From positions 1,140,001-1,172,000 of the forward strand of contig NC_022093.1 in assembly GCF_000446015.1 (NCBI RefSeq): 32,000 bases of DNA, read 5' to 3'. The stretch's first letter is position 1, and every line of letters starts with the position of its first letter. Positions 1 to 9,284 of this stretch are shown in pieces. Source of the DNA: Thermofilum adornatum. Lineage in GTDB: Archaea; Thermoproteota; Thermoprotei; Thermofilales; Thermofilaceae. The translations under genes and the position numbers were made by a program. The notes beneath the pieces are model-generated. The model ran no database searches and was not told the origin of the DNA. It saw only the letters and a program-made list of their open reading frames with translations.

Positions 1-462
1 GAAGGACTAATGGCACTAGAAGAAGCCTTAAAACAGGCGAAAAACGAGTACGGAATAGAGGGCCTCGTCACTGGGGCAATAAAGTCCAAGTACCAAGCCG
101 ACAGATTTAGCGAGGTCTGCAGGAAACTGGGCCTAGAAATATTTAGCCCTCTATGGATGAGAGACGAAATAGAGTTGCTTAGAGAAATCGTCGAAACAGG
201 GATCACGGCAATAATTACACGTGTAGGCGCCTACCCACTTAAAATGGATCTGCTCGGCAAGCCGATAAACAAGGAAATCATCAGCTACTTTGAGTCTCTC
301 AGGGAAATTTTGAACCCAAGCGGTGAAGGTGGAGAATACGAAACATTTGTCATTGATGCACCGCTCTTCAAAAAGAGAATAAAGATACTGAGGTCAAGGA
401 TTGTTGGAAAAGACTACGATGCCACCCTTCTAATTGAGGAGGCAGAGCTGGAAGACAAATAA
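1..462 (+). CDS. Diphthine-ammonia ligase / MJ0570-type ATP pyrophosphatase (Dph6-like), C-terminal ~150 aa; the 5' end lies outside the window
   Basis: Frame 1 is open from base 1. The translation (GLVTGAIKSKYQ...LGLEIFSPLW...SGEGGEYETFVIDAPLF) matches my memory of the MJ0570/Dph6 family C-terminal half, including the EGGE(F/Y)ETF motif. The ATG at 10 is probably internal. Confidence 0.65.
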   Translation, partial: EGLMALEEALKQAKNEYGIEGLVTGAIKSKYQADRFSEVCRKLGLEIFSPLWMRDEIELLREIVETGITAIITRVGAYPLKMDLLGKPINKEIISYFESLREILNPSGEGGEYETFVIDAPLFKKRIKILRSRIVGKDYDATLLIEEAELEDK

Positions 463-526
463 CATACTTGGTGATAGAATTCTGTTTTTCCACAGAGTAT
501 ACAATTAAGTGTCAAGTTTGGCAACC

Positions 527-534
527 TTTAAATA
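527..534 (+). promoter_or_regulatory. TATA-like box (TTTAAATA) for the ATP-cone gene
   Basis: A/T-rich octamer 30 nt upstream of ATG 564, with no SD motif between them. Consistent with an archaeal leaderless or short-leader promoter. Confidence 0.4.
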
Positions 535-563
535 CTTAGCAAGAATAAATATTTTTGACCATT

Positions 564-1127
564 ATGCCGAAGAAAATTGTAAAAAGCACAGGAAAACTAG
601 AGGAATTCGATAGAAACAAATTGATCAAATCCATCGTAGATGCTGGCGCACCTGAAGAAATAGCCATAGAAATTGCCAAAGAAGTAGAGTCAAAACTACA
701 AGAAGGAATGACCACGAGCGAGATACGCAGATATGTCCTCGCGAGACTAAAAGAACTAGCCCCACAAGCCTACGAAGCATGGACCTTCTACGACAGGATA
801 ACTAAGGGCAGAATCACCTTCGAGGACGGAAAATATATTGTAGTCGAAAAAGGCCACCTCTACCTCGGAAGAGAAGTCAAAGACATAGGCCCCAAAGGGC
901 TGTCCTCTTCAGAGGAAGTAGAAGGGATCCTCCACGAGTTAGAAGAAGACCTAAAATACGGCGTATCAAAGGCAACAATTAACGCGAGGCTCTATGCTTT
1001 GCTAATGGGAGTACTAAAGAGCAAGCACATGCCCAAAGAAGAAAAGGAAAAATCCGTCCAAATGATAAACGACTTCCGCCAGAAACTAGGATGGAAACCC
1101 TACGAGCTAAAGAAGCCAGTTGTCTAG
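564..1127 (+). CDS. Stand-alone ATP-cone domain protein with an uncharacterised C-terminal half
   Basis: The N-terminal ~90 aa (KIVKSTGKLEEFDRNKLIKSI...EIAKEVESKL...MTTSEIRRYVLARL) fits the ATP-cone pattern known from NrdR/RNR. I prefer ATG 564 over the TTG at 555 reported by the ORF track. Confidence 0.7.
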   Translation: MPKKIVKSTGKLEEFDRNKLIKSIVDAGAPEEIAIEIAKEVESKLQEGMTTSEIRRYVLARLKELAPQAYEAWTFYDRITKGRITFEDGKYIVVEKGHLYLGREVKDIGPKGLSSSEEVEGILHELEEDLKYGVSKATINARLYALLMGVLKSKHMPKEEKEKSVQMINDFRQKLGWKPYELKKPVV

Positions 1128-2002
1128 GAATTTCTGGTTGCAAGCGAAGTGCCATCACAGGTAACTCCTTTATCATTTAGCTGGTATAGTCCTTCCCTGC
1201 ATGTTGCAAATGTGACGCCTAAGCTGTGAGCTATGTCTCTTACCGTTGAGAGTGTCCTGTAGCGGTATTCTTTGTCTGCATATAGGTAGCCCTGTATCCT
1301 GTTTTTCCTGTCTCGATAAATGTGTTCGAACTTTGCCTCTAGGTCTGGGAATTCTGAAAGCATTCTGGCCAGGTTGTCGGGCTTGATTTTATATGTGGAG
1401 GACACGACGTGCCTAGCTCCAGCCGTTACTGCGGCCTCTAGCACGGCTGAGATAGATTCTTTTGAATCGTTTAAGCCCGGGATTATCGGGTCATATCTCA
1501 GGACGACTGGCACGCCGGCTTCTGTAAGCTTCTTTATCGCATAGATTCTCCTCGATGGGAAGGGTGCGCCCGGCTCTAGCCTTCTCGCCAGGGTCTCGTC
1601 GAGTGTTGTGATGGTTATTGATACGACGCTTCTCGCCTTGGAAAGTATGTCTATATCACGGGTTACTAGGTCAGATTTAGTGACTATCTCAATGACATAG
1701 TTGTCTGAAACTAGCTCAAGGAGGCGCCTAGTGTATTGGTACTTTGACTCCAGAGGCTGGTAGGGGTCGCTACTACTGCTTATGTTGATTATTGATCCCC
1801 TAGGTATCTTTGAAATATCTTTTCTGGCAGTCTCTAAAAAGTTGGCTTTGGGGCGAGGATTGAAAAAGTTCTTTATGTAGCTGGATGCATAGCAGTAGAG
1901 GCACCTGTGCTGGCAACCTGTGTAGGGGTTTACTGTATACTTGAAAGGACAGGTGCACAGGCTTTTTCCTCGCCATGGGTCAAAAGGTCGAATGTAGCTC
2001 AT
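1124..2002 (-). CDS. Radical SAM protein, SplB/COG1533-like (DNA-repair-photolyase-type annotation family)
   Basis: CxxxCxxC cluster motif in TGCQHRCLYCYASSY near the N-terminus. Length and overall pattern resemble the SPL-family radical SAM proteins. Start set at ATG 2002 (MSYIRPFDPW...); the 36-aa upstream extension in the ORF track looks non-coding. The stop overlaps the convergent gene in the palindrome CTAG at 1124-1127. Confidence 0.7.
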   Translation of the reverse strand: MSYIRPFDPWRGKSLCTCPFKYTVNPYTGCQHRCLYCYASSYIKNFFNPRPKANFLETARKDISKIPRGSIINISSSSDPYQPLESKYQYTRRLLELVSDNYVIEIVTKSDLVTRDIDILSKARSVVSITITTLDETLARRLEPGAPFPSRRIYAIKKLTEAGVPVVLRYDPIIPGLNDSKESISAVLEAAVTAGARHVVSSTYKIKPDNLARMLSEFPDLEAKFEHIYRDRKNRIQGYLYADKEYRYRTLSTVRDIAHSLGVTFATCREGLYQLNDKGVTCDGTSLATRNS

Positions 2003-2076
2003 TGGGCCTCTCCGTCGATATTTACTCAGAGTTTTCTTGGAAACATAAATTTTTATGGTACAAAATGTGTTGAGGC

Positions 2077-2259
2077 ATGATGGATGAAGAGGAAGTCCAG
2101 GAAAGGGCATCCCCCTTTGCTAGGCTCGAGTACGAAGAATGGAAGAGACACCAGACTCCACACCTAGAGGCAAAGGAGAAGACAAGCCAGTGGCTCTTCT
2201 TTATTGTGCTGGGCTCTCTCATGAGTTTACTAGCGATATATCTCTTGCTTTTCCTTTAA
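2077..2259 (+). CDS. Hypothetical small tail-anchored membrane protein (60 aa)
   Basis: Acidic N-terminus followed by one clear C-terminal hydrophobic helix (WLFFIVLGSLMSLLAIYLLLFL). It sits in an otherwise unassigned 327-nt gap. No homology recognised. Confidence 0.3.
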   Translation: MMDEEEVQERASPFARLEYEEWKRHQTPHLEAKEKTSQWLFFIVLGSLMSLLAIYLLLFL

Positions 2260-2329
2260 GGCATTTTTATTTAAACATTTCCAGATATGTTTTAATGCAG
2301 TTTTAAAAAGAATCTTTCCACGATAAAGA

Positions 2330-3343
2330 ATGCCAAAGGTAAATGTGGCAGTAGCTGGTCTGGGACGAATTGGCAAGGTTCACGCAGAAATAACTTTTAC
2401 TCGGCTAGAAAACGCCCGCCTAGTCGCAGTCATGGATGTAGTTTCCGAGTTGGCCAACTCTGTTGCAGAAAAATACAAAGTAAAGGCTTATACAGACTAT
2501 GACGCGTTGCTCAAAGACCCAGAGGTAGATGCTGTCTTCATAACGACTCCTACTAATCTCCACAAGGAAATGATAGTTAAAGCCGCGGAAGCCGGCAAAC
2601 ACGTGTTTACCGAGAAGCCTATAACTGTCACATCCAGTGAGGCCATCGAGGCAATCAAGGCCGCTGAAAAGGCCGACGTCAAGCTAATGGTCGGCTACAT
2701 GCGAAGATTCGACGATGCTTACGCTACAGCAAAGAAGAAAATTGTTGAAGGCTCAATCGGAAATCCCCTAGTCTTTATAAATATTGCTCGGGACCCAGGG
2801 GCGCCGCCCGGATGGGCACAGGATCCCAGACTAAGCGGCGGCATATTTCTGGACATGCTTTCCCACGACTTCGACATGGCCCGGTACCTAATGGGTAAAG
2901 AAGTTAAGGAGGTCTATGTCAAGGGCGACGCGCTCCTCTACAACGAAATTAAGCAGAAAGGCGACTTAGACGTGGTAACAATCAATTTCGAGTTCGAGGG
3001 AGGAGGATACGGTCTAATACACGGGAGCAGGAAAAGCGTCTTCGGCTATGACCTTCGTACAGAAATCATGGGAACAGACGGCACTATATATGTTGGGTCA
3101 CAAACTGACCCCAATCTAGCCGTGGGATCCAAGGACGGGTTGATATACAGAGGGGTTCAATGGTTCTGGTCAAGGTTCTATGACGCATATGTCCTTGAGG
3201 ACGCTGCCTTCATCAACTCGATACTGCGGGACGAGAAGCCACCGATAACGGGGGTAGACGGATTAAGGGTCGTCGAGATAGCTGAAGCATGCTGGAGGAG
3301 TGTCAAGGAACAAAGACCAATTTCCGTTAGAAGAACCCTTTAA
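2330..3343 (+). CDS. Gfo/Idh/MocA-family NAD(P)-dependent oxidoreductase (inositol/sugar dehydrogenase-like)
   Basis: N-terminal Rossmann motif VAVAGLGRIGKVHA, the family-typical EKP motif (VFTEKPIT) and a C-terminal alpha/beta domain. TATA-like TTTTAAAAA at 2301-2309. Confidence 0.85.
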   Translation: MPKVNVAVAGLGRIGKVHAEITFTRLENARLVAVMDVVSELANSVAEKYKVKAYTDYDALLKDPEVDAVFITTPTNLHKEMIVKAAEAGKHVFTEKPITVTSSEAIEAIKAAEKADVKLMVGYMRRFDDAYATAKKKIVEGSIGNPLVFINIARDPGAPPGWAQDPRLSGGIFLDMLSHDFDMARYLMGKEVKEVYVKGDALLYNEIKQKGDLDVVTINFEFEGGGYGLIHGSRKSVFGYDLRTEIMGTDGTIYVGSQTDPNLAVGSKDGLIYRGVQWFWSRFYDAYVLEDAAFINSILRDEKPPITGVDGLRVVEIAEACWRSVKEQRPISVRRTL

Positions 3344-3357
3344 AAGAAAGCTTTTTT
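3344..3357 (+). terminator. Oligo-T tract (CTTTTTT) after the oxidoreductase gene
   Basis: T6 run at 3352-3357, directly after stop codon 3341-3343 and between convergent genes. Archaeal termination typically uses T-tracts. Confidence 0.3.
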
Positions 3358-6164
3358 CATTCTTCCCAGTATTTTCTTGTCCTCGTATAGTTTGCCTCTG
3401 CCTGGAGAACATTCCTCGCTAGAGCCTCCATGCTGACGCCTTTTGATAATATGTTTTTAGCAGTTGTGGGCCCAACACCGTGACCTGCGAGGACAAATAC
3501 TGCTGGATATCCATACGACAAGACAAGAGAAGCGGATTGCCTAGCTTTCTCAACAAATTTTTTCTCGTCTGCTGACAGGTTTTCCTTTCTCCTCCATTTT
3601 TCGAGGATCTTTATCTTTTCTTCCTCGTATGGTCTTAGAACTGCGAGGGCTCTTGAGCCACAACGCGGACACTTGGAAAACAAATGGTAATCAGCAACCT
3701 TTATTGTCTGCCACCATTGTCCACAGTTTATACAGTAGAGTAGGACGTGCGAGTTCTCGATCCTCTTTATAATTGCCTGTATGATGCCAGAGGCGGGTAT
3801 ATCTGATGCAACTACACCCGCCTTCACGGTCGGCTTCTCAAATATTAACTGCGCTAGAGGTGTCAAGTCGTTTAGTTCTTTTATTATTATTGGTCTTTTG
3901 CCTCTTTCTATGTCTTGTAGGAATTCTTCTACTGAACGAAGGTCGAAGTGCTCAAATATAGTTGCCCTTATAGCTTCCGCATCGACAGGCGTCCCTACAA
4001 GTTTCCTCCTAATATTTGACAAGACTCCTGGCTCTGGTCTCGACTTCTTTATGTCTATTATGCCCATCTTTGAAGCAACGTGTGTGAACTCAATTAGATA
4101 TGAATTGCTCTCCCGTATAACATCGCTGAGAAAACGAAGTTTCCATTTCAGCCCCTCCACCAATATTTCTCTAAGCTTTCCCGGCGGCACATAAGACTCG
4201 CTAACAAGCAGAACCCTGTAGGGGTCGGAGAAATATTTAGCAGAGGATCCAGTATATCCCCGATAAGCATCTGCTAGGAGAAAGGCAAGCAGGTTATTCC
4301 CCTTCGTACCGAGATAGGAGTGAACCAGAACGAGGGTCTTATCCCTGTTCCTCACGAGTTCTACAAGGGTATTTTTCTCGCTTGGAACAGTTCCCAACGC
4401 TTCAAGAGTCTTGCCTACAAGCTCCACAGTTTTCTTGAAGGCTTCTTCCGGTAAACCATACATTCTTCGAAGTTTTTCCAGCTCTCCACTTGATGACATG
4501 TTTTCAGCTATGCGTCTATAGAGGGAAGCGACCTCGCGTGCAACTTTTCTATCTACAGGTAGGGTCATCCCTGTCCATATGGGTGGTTCGCCGAATTCAT
4601 GTATGTTTTCCGTGACGTATACCTTGTTTGCCTCTATGTCTACTTCTTCTACGTTCCACGCTTTTCCGCCTAGAATGATTATCTTGCCTTTGCCTATAAG
4701 TGAAGCGAAGGAGTAGTCTAGGGAACCAATTATTCTCCTTGACGCCATCTCAACAACGTCAAACGAGAAGGATTCAGGAATCATGGAAGCTGAAGAGTAG
4801 TAATATGAAATTGTTCTTCTTCCCATAGTGATATTTCCATTTGAAAATCTGATTATTCCTATGGAACGCATAAACTCCAGGAGATCTATTAGTTCTTTTA
4901 GAGATAAATTTTCAAAGGGAAGTGACCGAGTCACTACGTCGTAGAGTTTTTCAAGACTTATTTCACGATACTCGAGTACGAGCCCTGCTATTTGGTGTGC
5001 CAACACGTCTAGAGGTTTCTCGTGTGGTGCTTGCTCCTCTAGGTCCCCATTGACGCTCCTCCTAGCTAGGACGGCCGACTCCACCGCATCCTCGAGAAAT
5101 AATGGTACAATGACACCTCTCGATTTTTCCAATAAACTGTGACCAGCTCTTCCAACTCTTTGTACAAGCTTTATTGCTTGCTTTGGGGACCCAAACTGAA
5201 CTACAAGTCTTGCATAACCGATGTCCACACCTAGCTCGAGGCTGGACGTTGCAATAATGGCATCTATTCTTCCCTCCTTAAAGAGTCTCTCAGCCTCCTC
5301 CCTTTCGGCTCTTGAAAGGCTACCATGATGTACCCTAACATTTAGCCCATATTCATGAGTCAATATTCTTCCTATGAGCTCTGCAGTATCCCTAGTATTG
5401 GTAAAAACTATTACACCCCCGTCTCGGCAATACGAGGCAACTTTTTCAACTCTTTCTTCCAGATTTGCCTCGTTCCCAAGCTCCTCAATGCTTATTTCGT
5501 AAATTTTTCTTTCCTGCCATTCTATTACGGTTCCGCCTCTTCTACCAGAAAGAAGTCGAAGAGCAGTGTAGGGGTCTTTGAGCGTAGCCGACAGTCCTAT
5601 TATTTTTAAGTTAGGCGCAATTAGTCTCAAGCGTTCCAAGGCGAGCGAGAGCTGTGCACCCCTCTTGTCGTCCAGCAACTCGTGAACCTCGTCCACTATG
5701 ACCCATCTGATGTTACGCAATTTTTCCCGATACCTTTTATCAACCAACAGAAACTGAGCTGTCTCGGGAGTTGTAATCAGAAAGTGGGGTGGTTTCTCGG
5801 CTATCTTTTTACGTGTTTTTTGAGGCGTATCTCCATGTCGAATCTCTGCCTCGAATCCAAACATTTGGAAAAGCTCAATCATTCGGTCATAAATGTCCCT
5901 ATTGAGAGCACGTAGCGGAGAAATATAAATTGCAAAGATAGGTTCGCCCCCCTCATTGATGAGGTCGCGGAGAACTGGTAGAATAGCCGCCTCTGTTTTT
6001 CCGGCTCCAGTAGGTGCAACAATAAGGATATTTTGGTAGTGTCTAGATGCCTCTAGAGACTTCACCTGTATATAATTAAGTGTCTTGTAGCCAAGCCTCT
6101 CCAGTCCCTTTATAAGCTCCTCTTGGAGTAAATTGCTGAGCCTACGCAGTTCAACGCCCTCCAT
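3357..6164 (-). CDS. lhr: Lhr-family ATP-dependent DEAD/DEAH-box helicase (935 aa) with a C-terminal 4-Cys zinc ribbon
   Basis: SF2 motifs are present: APTGAGKTEAA (I), VDEVHEL (II), SAT (III) and QRVGRAGH (VI). There is a long Lhr-type C-terminal extension, and CINCG...CPRCG lies near the C-terminus. Confidence 0.85.
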   Translation of the reverse strand: MEGVELRRLSNLLQEELIKGLERLGYKTLNYIQVKSLEASRHYQNILIVAPTGAGKTEAAILPVLRDLINEGGEPIFAIYISPLRALNRDIYDRMIELFQMFGFEAEIRHGDTPQKTRKKIAEKPPHFLITTPETAQFLLVDKRYREKLRNIRWVIVDEVHELLDDKRGAQLSLALERLRLIAPNLKIIGLSATLKDPYTALRLLSGRRGGTVIEWQERKIYEISIEELGNEANLEERVEKVASYCRDGGVIVFTNTRDTAELIGRILTHEYGLNVRVHHGSLSRAEREEAERLFKEGRIDAIIATSSLELGVDIGYARLVVQFGSPKQAIKLVQRVGRAGHSLLEKSRGVIVPLFLEDAVESAVLARRSVNGDLEEQAPHEKPLDVLAHQIAGLVLEYREISLEKLYDVVTRSLPFENLSLKELIDLLEFMRSIGIIRFSNGNITMGRRTISYYYSSASMIPESFSFDVVEMASRRIIGSLDYSFASLIGKGKIIILGGKAWNVEEVDIEANKVYVTENIHEFGEPPIWTGMTLPVDRKVAREVASLYRRIAENMSSSGELEKLRRMYGLPEEAFKKTVELVGKTLEALGTVPSEKNTLVELVRNRDKTLVLVHSYLGTKGNNLLAFLLADAYRGYTGSSAKYFSDPYRVLLVSESYVPPGKLREILVEGLKWKLRFLSDVIRESNSYLIEFTHVASKMGIIDIKKSRPEPGVLSNIRRKLVGTPVDAEAIRATIFEHFDLRSVEEFLQDIERGKRPIIIKELNDLTPLAQLIFEKPTVKAGVVASDIPASGIIQAIIKRIENSHVLLYCINCGQWWQTIKVADYHLFSKCPRCGSRALAVLRPYEEEKIKILEKWRRKENLSADEKKFVEKARQSASLVLSYGYPAVFVLAGHGVGPTTAKNILSKGVSMEALARNVLQAEANYTRTRKYWEE

Positions 6165-6274
6165 ATATATCCATGTTCAACGCATAAAGTAAGGCTCAAA
6201 ATAAATTCTTTCCCAAAGACGATTCACACACGCTAATCTTAATAAAGCCACATGTCTAATTATTGAAGTAGGAA

Positions 6275-7081
6275 ATGGAGGAGATAACAGAGCTGACCAG
6301 AGAGCTTTCAGAATATATAAAACAGAAAAAAAGGGTATCTGCAGAAGAGCTGGTAAGTTGGAGCAAGAACAAAGGTTTAAGCTCGGTTATCCTATACATT
6401 GTTGTACAAGAACTACTCAAGGATAGAAGCTTCCAAGCAACAACAGACAAGATAATCATTGACGAAATCTTCCACATAGAGGTTCCCACTAGCCTATACT
6501 ACCTAGAAGCGACCGCAGAAAAAACCCCTATCCAACCCAAACAAATAGCTTTAAGAGAAGAGAAAAAGAAACAACGGAAAACTTCCGTTAAAAAGCCAGC
6601 TAAGGGGCCGTCCCTCCTAGCTTTTCTAGAACAACAAGAGGAACCCAAGGAATCTGAAAATGATCAAGATATGGAAAAGCCCGAAGAAGAACCTCTCCAC
6701 GAGCCTGAACAACTAACAGAGCCCCCTCCCAGCCGGCAAAATGAACCCCAAATATTTACATTCGATAACCGGCGAGAGCCAGAGCCCCCGCAACAAACTA
6801 GAGCAGCAGAACCAGTAATGTTCCAAGATCTCGAGATAACATCAGACCTTGAAACCGCTATACGCTACCTCGGGAAATATTGGAGTGTTGGGAGACTACG
6901 CCTCATAGACGATTTAATGGGAATGGGAGTCAAAGACCCAATCAAAGTCATAAATGAGCTGGCCAGGAAGGGCCTCATAGAGATCACCGAGCTAGATGTC
7001 GTAAATGCAAAGAAGGAATTAATTGAAGTCGCGAAAAGCTATCTTAAAGAAAAGAACATTGCGGACATCTTCTCGACTTAA
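6275..7081 (+). CDS. Hypothetical protein: two short winged-helix-like ends joined by a ~110-aa K/E/P/Q-rich disordered linker
   Basis: Clean ORF with TATA-like CTTAATAAAG ~30 nt upstream. The composition shift in the middle (EEKKKQRKTS...EEPKESENDQDMEKPEEEPLHEPEQLTEPPPSRQNEPQ) is read directly from the translation. No family recognised. Confidence 0.6.
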   Translation: MEEITELTRELSEYIKQKKRVSAEELVSWSKNKGLSSVILYIVVQELLKDRSFQATTDKIIIDEIFHIEVPTSLYYLEATAEKTPIQPKQIALREEKKKQRKTSVKKPAKGPSLLAFLEQQEEPKESENDQDMEKPEEEPLHEPEQLTEPPPSRQNEPQIFTFDNRREPEPPQQTRAAEPVMFQDLEITSDLETAIRYLGKYWSVGRLRLIDDLMGMGVKDPIKVINELARKGLIEITELDVVNAKKELIEVAKSYLKEKNIADIFST

Positions 7082-7115
7082 ATTCCCTAGTAAAAAACTG
7101 CAAATTTGTTTCCAG

Positions 7116-7442
7116 CTACTTCTTCCTTGAGGCAGGAACATATATTGGGACTTTAGAGTTCCTGTCCACAGCAACAACTAGGCCTCTCTGCTCAAGCTCT
7201 TTCAGTGTCTTCTTTGCCCTGCTAAGTTTTATGGAAAATCTCGAAGCTAAAACGTAAGGCGTAATGTACCTTAAGCCCTTGAGTTCCTTTATTATTTGCT
7301 CGAGGGAAACCTCTGTCAAGTTCCCTGTTGAAGCTTCTAACTTCATCTGGGGTTTTTTGCTTTCTTCTTTCTTCTTTGTTGTTTCTTCTTTCGTGGCTCT
7401 CTTTTCTAGGGCCGAGACTGTGGGTCTCTTCTTACCTCCCAT
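7116..7442 (-). CDS. rps25e: 30S ribosomal protein S25e
   Basis: Lys/Glu-rich N-terminus, then the conserved winged-helix region (ITPYVLASRFSIKLSRAKKTLKELEQRGLV). The size of 108 aa is typical. Confidence 0.85.
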   Translation of the reverse strand: MGGKKRPTVSALEKRATKEETTKKKEESKKPQMKLEASTGNLTEVSLEQIIKELKGLRYITPYVLASRFSIKLSRAKKTLKELEQRGLVVAVDRNSKVPIYVPASRKK

Positions 7443-7505
7443 GATTCACACCTGGTTGATACTATGGGAGAGTTTGCCTAAAAAGTTTTCGCATCTAAAC
7501 AGTTT

Positions 7506-8579
7506 TTAAATGTCGGTGACGCCGTCCTCTGTTATAGCGAAGGCGACCTCTTTCTCAGCATGCTTGGGGCTGTCTATGATTCTTGCTATACGTTTGCCCT
7601 CTTTTGCCTTCCTGAGCCAAATCCTGTATGTACATCCATGAGCCATTATGTTTCCGCCTGCTGGCTTCATGGGGTTTCCGAAGAAGATGTCCGGTGACGA
7701 CATAACTTGGTTAGTAACAACAACGGCCAGGTTGTATAGGCTAGCAAGCCGGTGAAGCTGGCTAATATGCCTGTTGAGTTTTTGTTGTCTTGATGCCAGG
7801 TTTTCGCGGCCTGGATATTCAGCTCTGAAGTGATTAATGAGGCTGTCGACAATTATCAGTCTAATATTCTGACTTTCAATGTATTTCTTAGCCTCATCTA
7901 CCAAGAGCATTTGGTGATCGCTATTGTATGCTCTTGCGTAGATTATGTTTTCTAGTGCCTTTTCTGGGTCTAGCTGTTTTGCCCTTGCTATCTGTATTAT
8001 TCTCTCCGGCCTGAAGGTGCCCTCTGTGTCTATGTATAGTGCCCTAGCGTTGAGGCCTCCCTTCTCCTTCGGTAGCTGGACCATCACCGCTAGCTGGTGG
8101 CAAATCTGAGTCTTACCAGCACCAAACTCACCAATCAGCTCAGTAATACTACCAACCTCAACACCACCCTCCAACAAATCATCCAAACTACGAACACCAG
8201 TACTGATGTATTCAAGGTTCTTCCTCTTTTCAAAAAGCACCCTAGCAGTGATGAATTCCTCTCCTCTATTAACCAGTTTCTGTGCAGCCCGGATTATGGC
8301 TATGGCCCTCTCTTCAGAACCAAGGACAACAGCTAGCTCATGTGCAGAAGCAAACGCAAGGTCACGCACAGAGTAGAAACCAGCCGCCCTAAGCTTCTGA
8401 GCAGTGATTCTCCCCACGCCATCTAGGTCCTCTAGTCTTATTTCTCCCTCGGGAACTTCCTCTTCAGACGGTTCAAGTGGTTCTTCTTCCAAAATCTCCT
8501 CTGCTAGCTTATCTGCATCAATCTCTTCTTCAAATGTTTTTTCCTCTTCTTCAACCTTTACCTTTTCTTTCTTAGGCAT
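7506..8579 (-). CDS. radA: DNA repair and recombination protein RadA (canonical), with a ~46-aa acidic N-terminal extension
   Basis: HhH N-domain ([19 protein letters not shown]), polymerisation motif GEEFITA, Walker [10 protein letters not shown], Walker B LIIVDS, and the L2 region through KPAGGN. Confidence 0.95.
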   Translation of the reverse strand: MPKKEKVKVEEEEKTFEEEIDADKLAEEILEEEPLEPSEEEVPEGEIRLEDLDGVGRITAQKLRAAGFYSVRDLAFASAHELAVVLGSEERAIAIIRAAQKLVNRGEEFITARVLFEKRKNLEYISTGVRSLDDLLEGGVEVGSITELIGEFGAGKTQICHQLAVMVQLPKEKGGLNARALYIDTEGTFRPERIIQIARAKQLDPEKALENIIYARAYNSDHQMLLVDEAKKYIESQNIRLIIVDSLINHFRAEYPGRENLASRQQKLNRHISQLHRLASLYNLAVVVTNQVMSSPDIFFGNPMKPAGGNIMAHGCTYRIWLRKAKEGKRIARIIDSPKHAEKEVAFAITEDGVTDI

Positions 8580-8699
8580 TACTAGACACTCCGAGTAAAA
8601 CTTACACCATAAATATAAAAACGTTGTCGTTGAAGTAGACCGAAAGTAAACACAGATAAGAAATAAAGCTTAATTAGATGGATATACCACAGTCATATC

Positions 8700-9227
8700 A
8701 TGCGTCAAGAACAGGTATATGGCGAACTCCACGAAGCCCTAAAGACTATAGTGAGCTATCTTTCCGAAGAGTGGAACAAACGTAACAACAGGGCGACACC
8801 TAGCGGCGTTCTCTCTGGTATTGGGTTTGACCAGATAGATCCATACTTAATTACCTACGGCTTTATTGTCAGGGGTCTCATCGAGAGAAGGAATCGAAAA
8901 ACCTATTTAACAAGGGTTGGCGAGGAAGCCCTTAATAGAATCATAGAGATAGCCGAGATTATCAGAGAAGACTCTTTGTTTCCAGACCTTGACAGAGGAA
9001 AAATCCTGGGGGCAACACTGTATGCTCTCTATGATTGGCAAAACAGCTATAGGACGGGGGAAGAATACTTGCAGTATCTAGAAAAGATCAAGGCTAAGAT
9101 CTTGGAAATTAAAAAGACTTCAGAGGAAAAGTTTAAGCTTCTAGCAGTCCTCCTGCCTCGAATAAAGCTGGATGAAGGCTACACGCTCGAGAAACTCCTA
9201 GAAGGCGTCCTGCATTTGGAAACTTAG
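8700..9227 (+). CDS. Hypothetical protein (175 aa), mostly helical, possibly winged-helix containing
   Basis: ATG-started ORF with A/T-rich upstream sequence (AAATAAAGCTTAATTAG). No motif recognised. Confidence 0.5.
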   Translation: MRQEQVYGELHEALKTIVSYLSEEWNKRNNRATPSGVLSGIGFDQIDPYLITYGFIVRGLIERRNRKTYLTRVGEEALNRIIEIAEIIREDSLFPDLDRGKILGATLYALYDWQNSYRTGEEYLQYLEKIKAKILEIKKTSEEKFKLLAVLLPRIKLDEGYTLEKLLEGVLHLET

Positions 9228-9284
9228 CAACTTTTGACAAGTAAAAATTAATTTTTTTCGCGCCTTCTAGTTTGTGGTGCGGCT

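Noticed and set aside
1124-1127. Convergent genes sharing the palindrome CTAG as overlapping stop codons
   Set aside because: The overlap is real, but it is a trivial consequence of compact genome organisation and suggests no function.
979-1544. 65-aa minus ORF at 979-1176 and 74-aa plus ORF at 1320-1544
   Set aside because: Both overlap the better-supported ATP-cone and radical SAM genes in other frames or strands, and both have low-complexity translations.
2003-2110. 36-aa N-terminal extension of the radical SAM ORF, and the antisense 66-aa ORF at 2022-2222
   Set aside because: The extension (MPFPGLPLHPSCLNTFCTIKIYVS...) looks non-coding. Family members start close to the Cys cluster, and the internal ATG 2002 gives a normal N-terminus.
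3781-5915. Plus-strand ORFs (137, 84 and 77 aa) inside the Lhr helicase gene
   Set aside because: They are antisense shadows of a 935-aa ORF that has the full SF2 helicase motif set.
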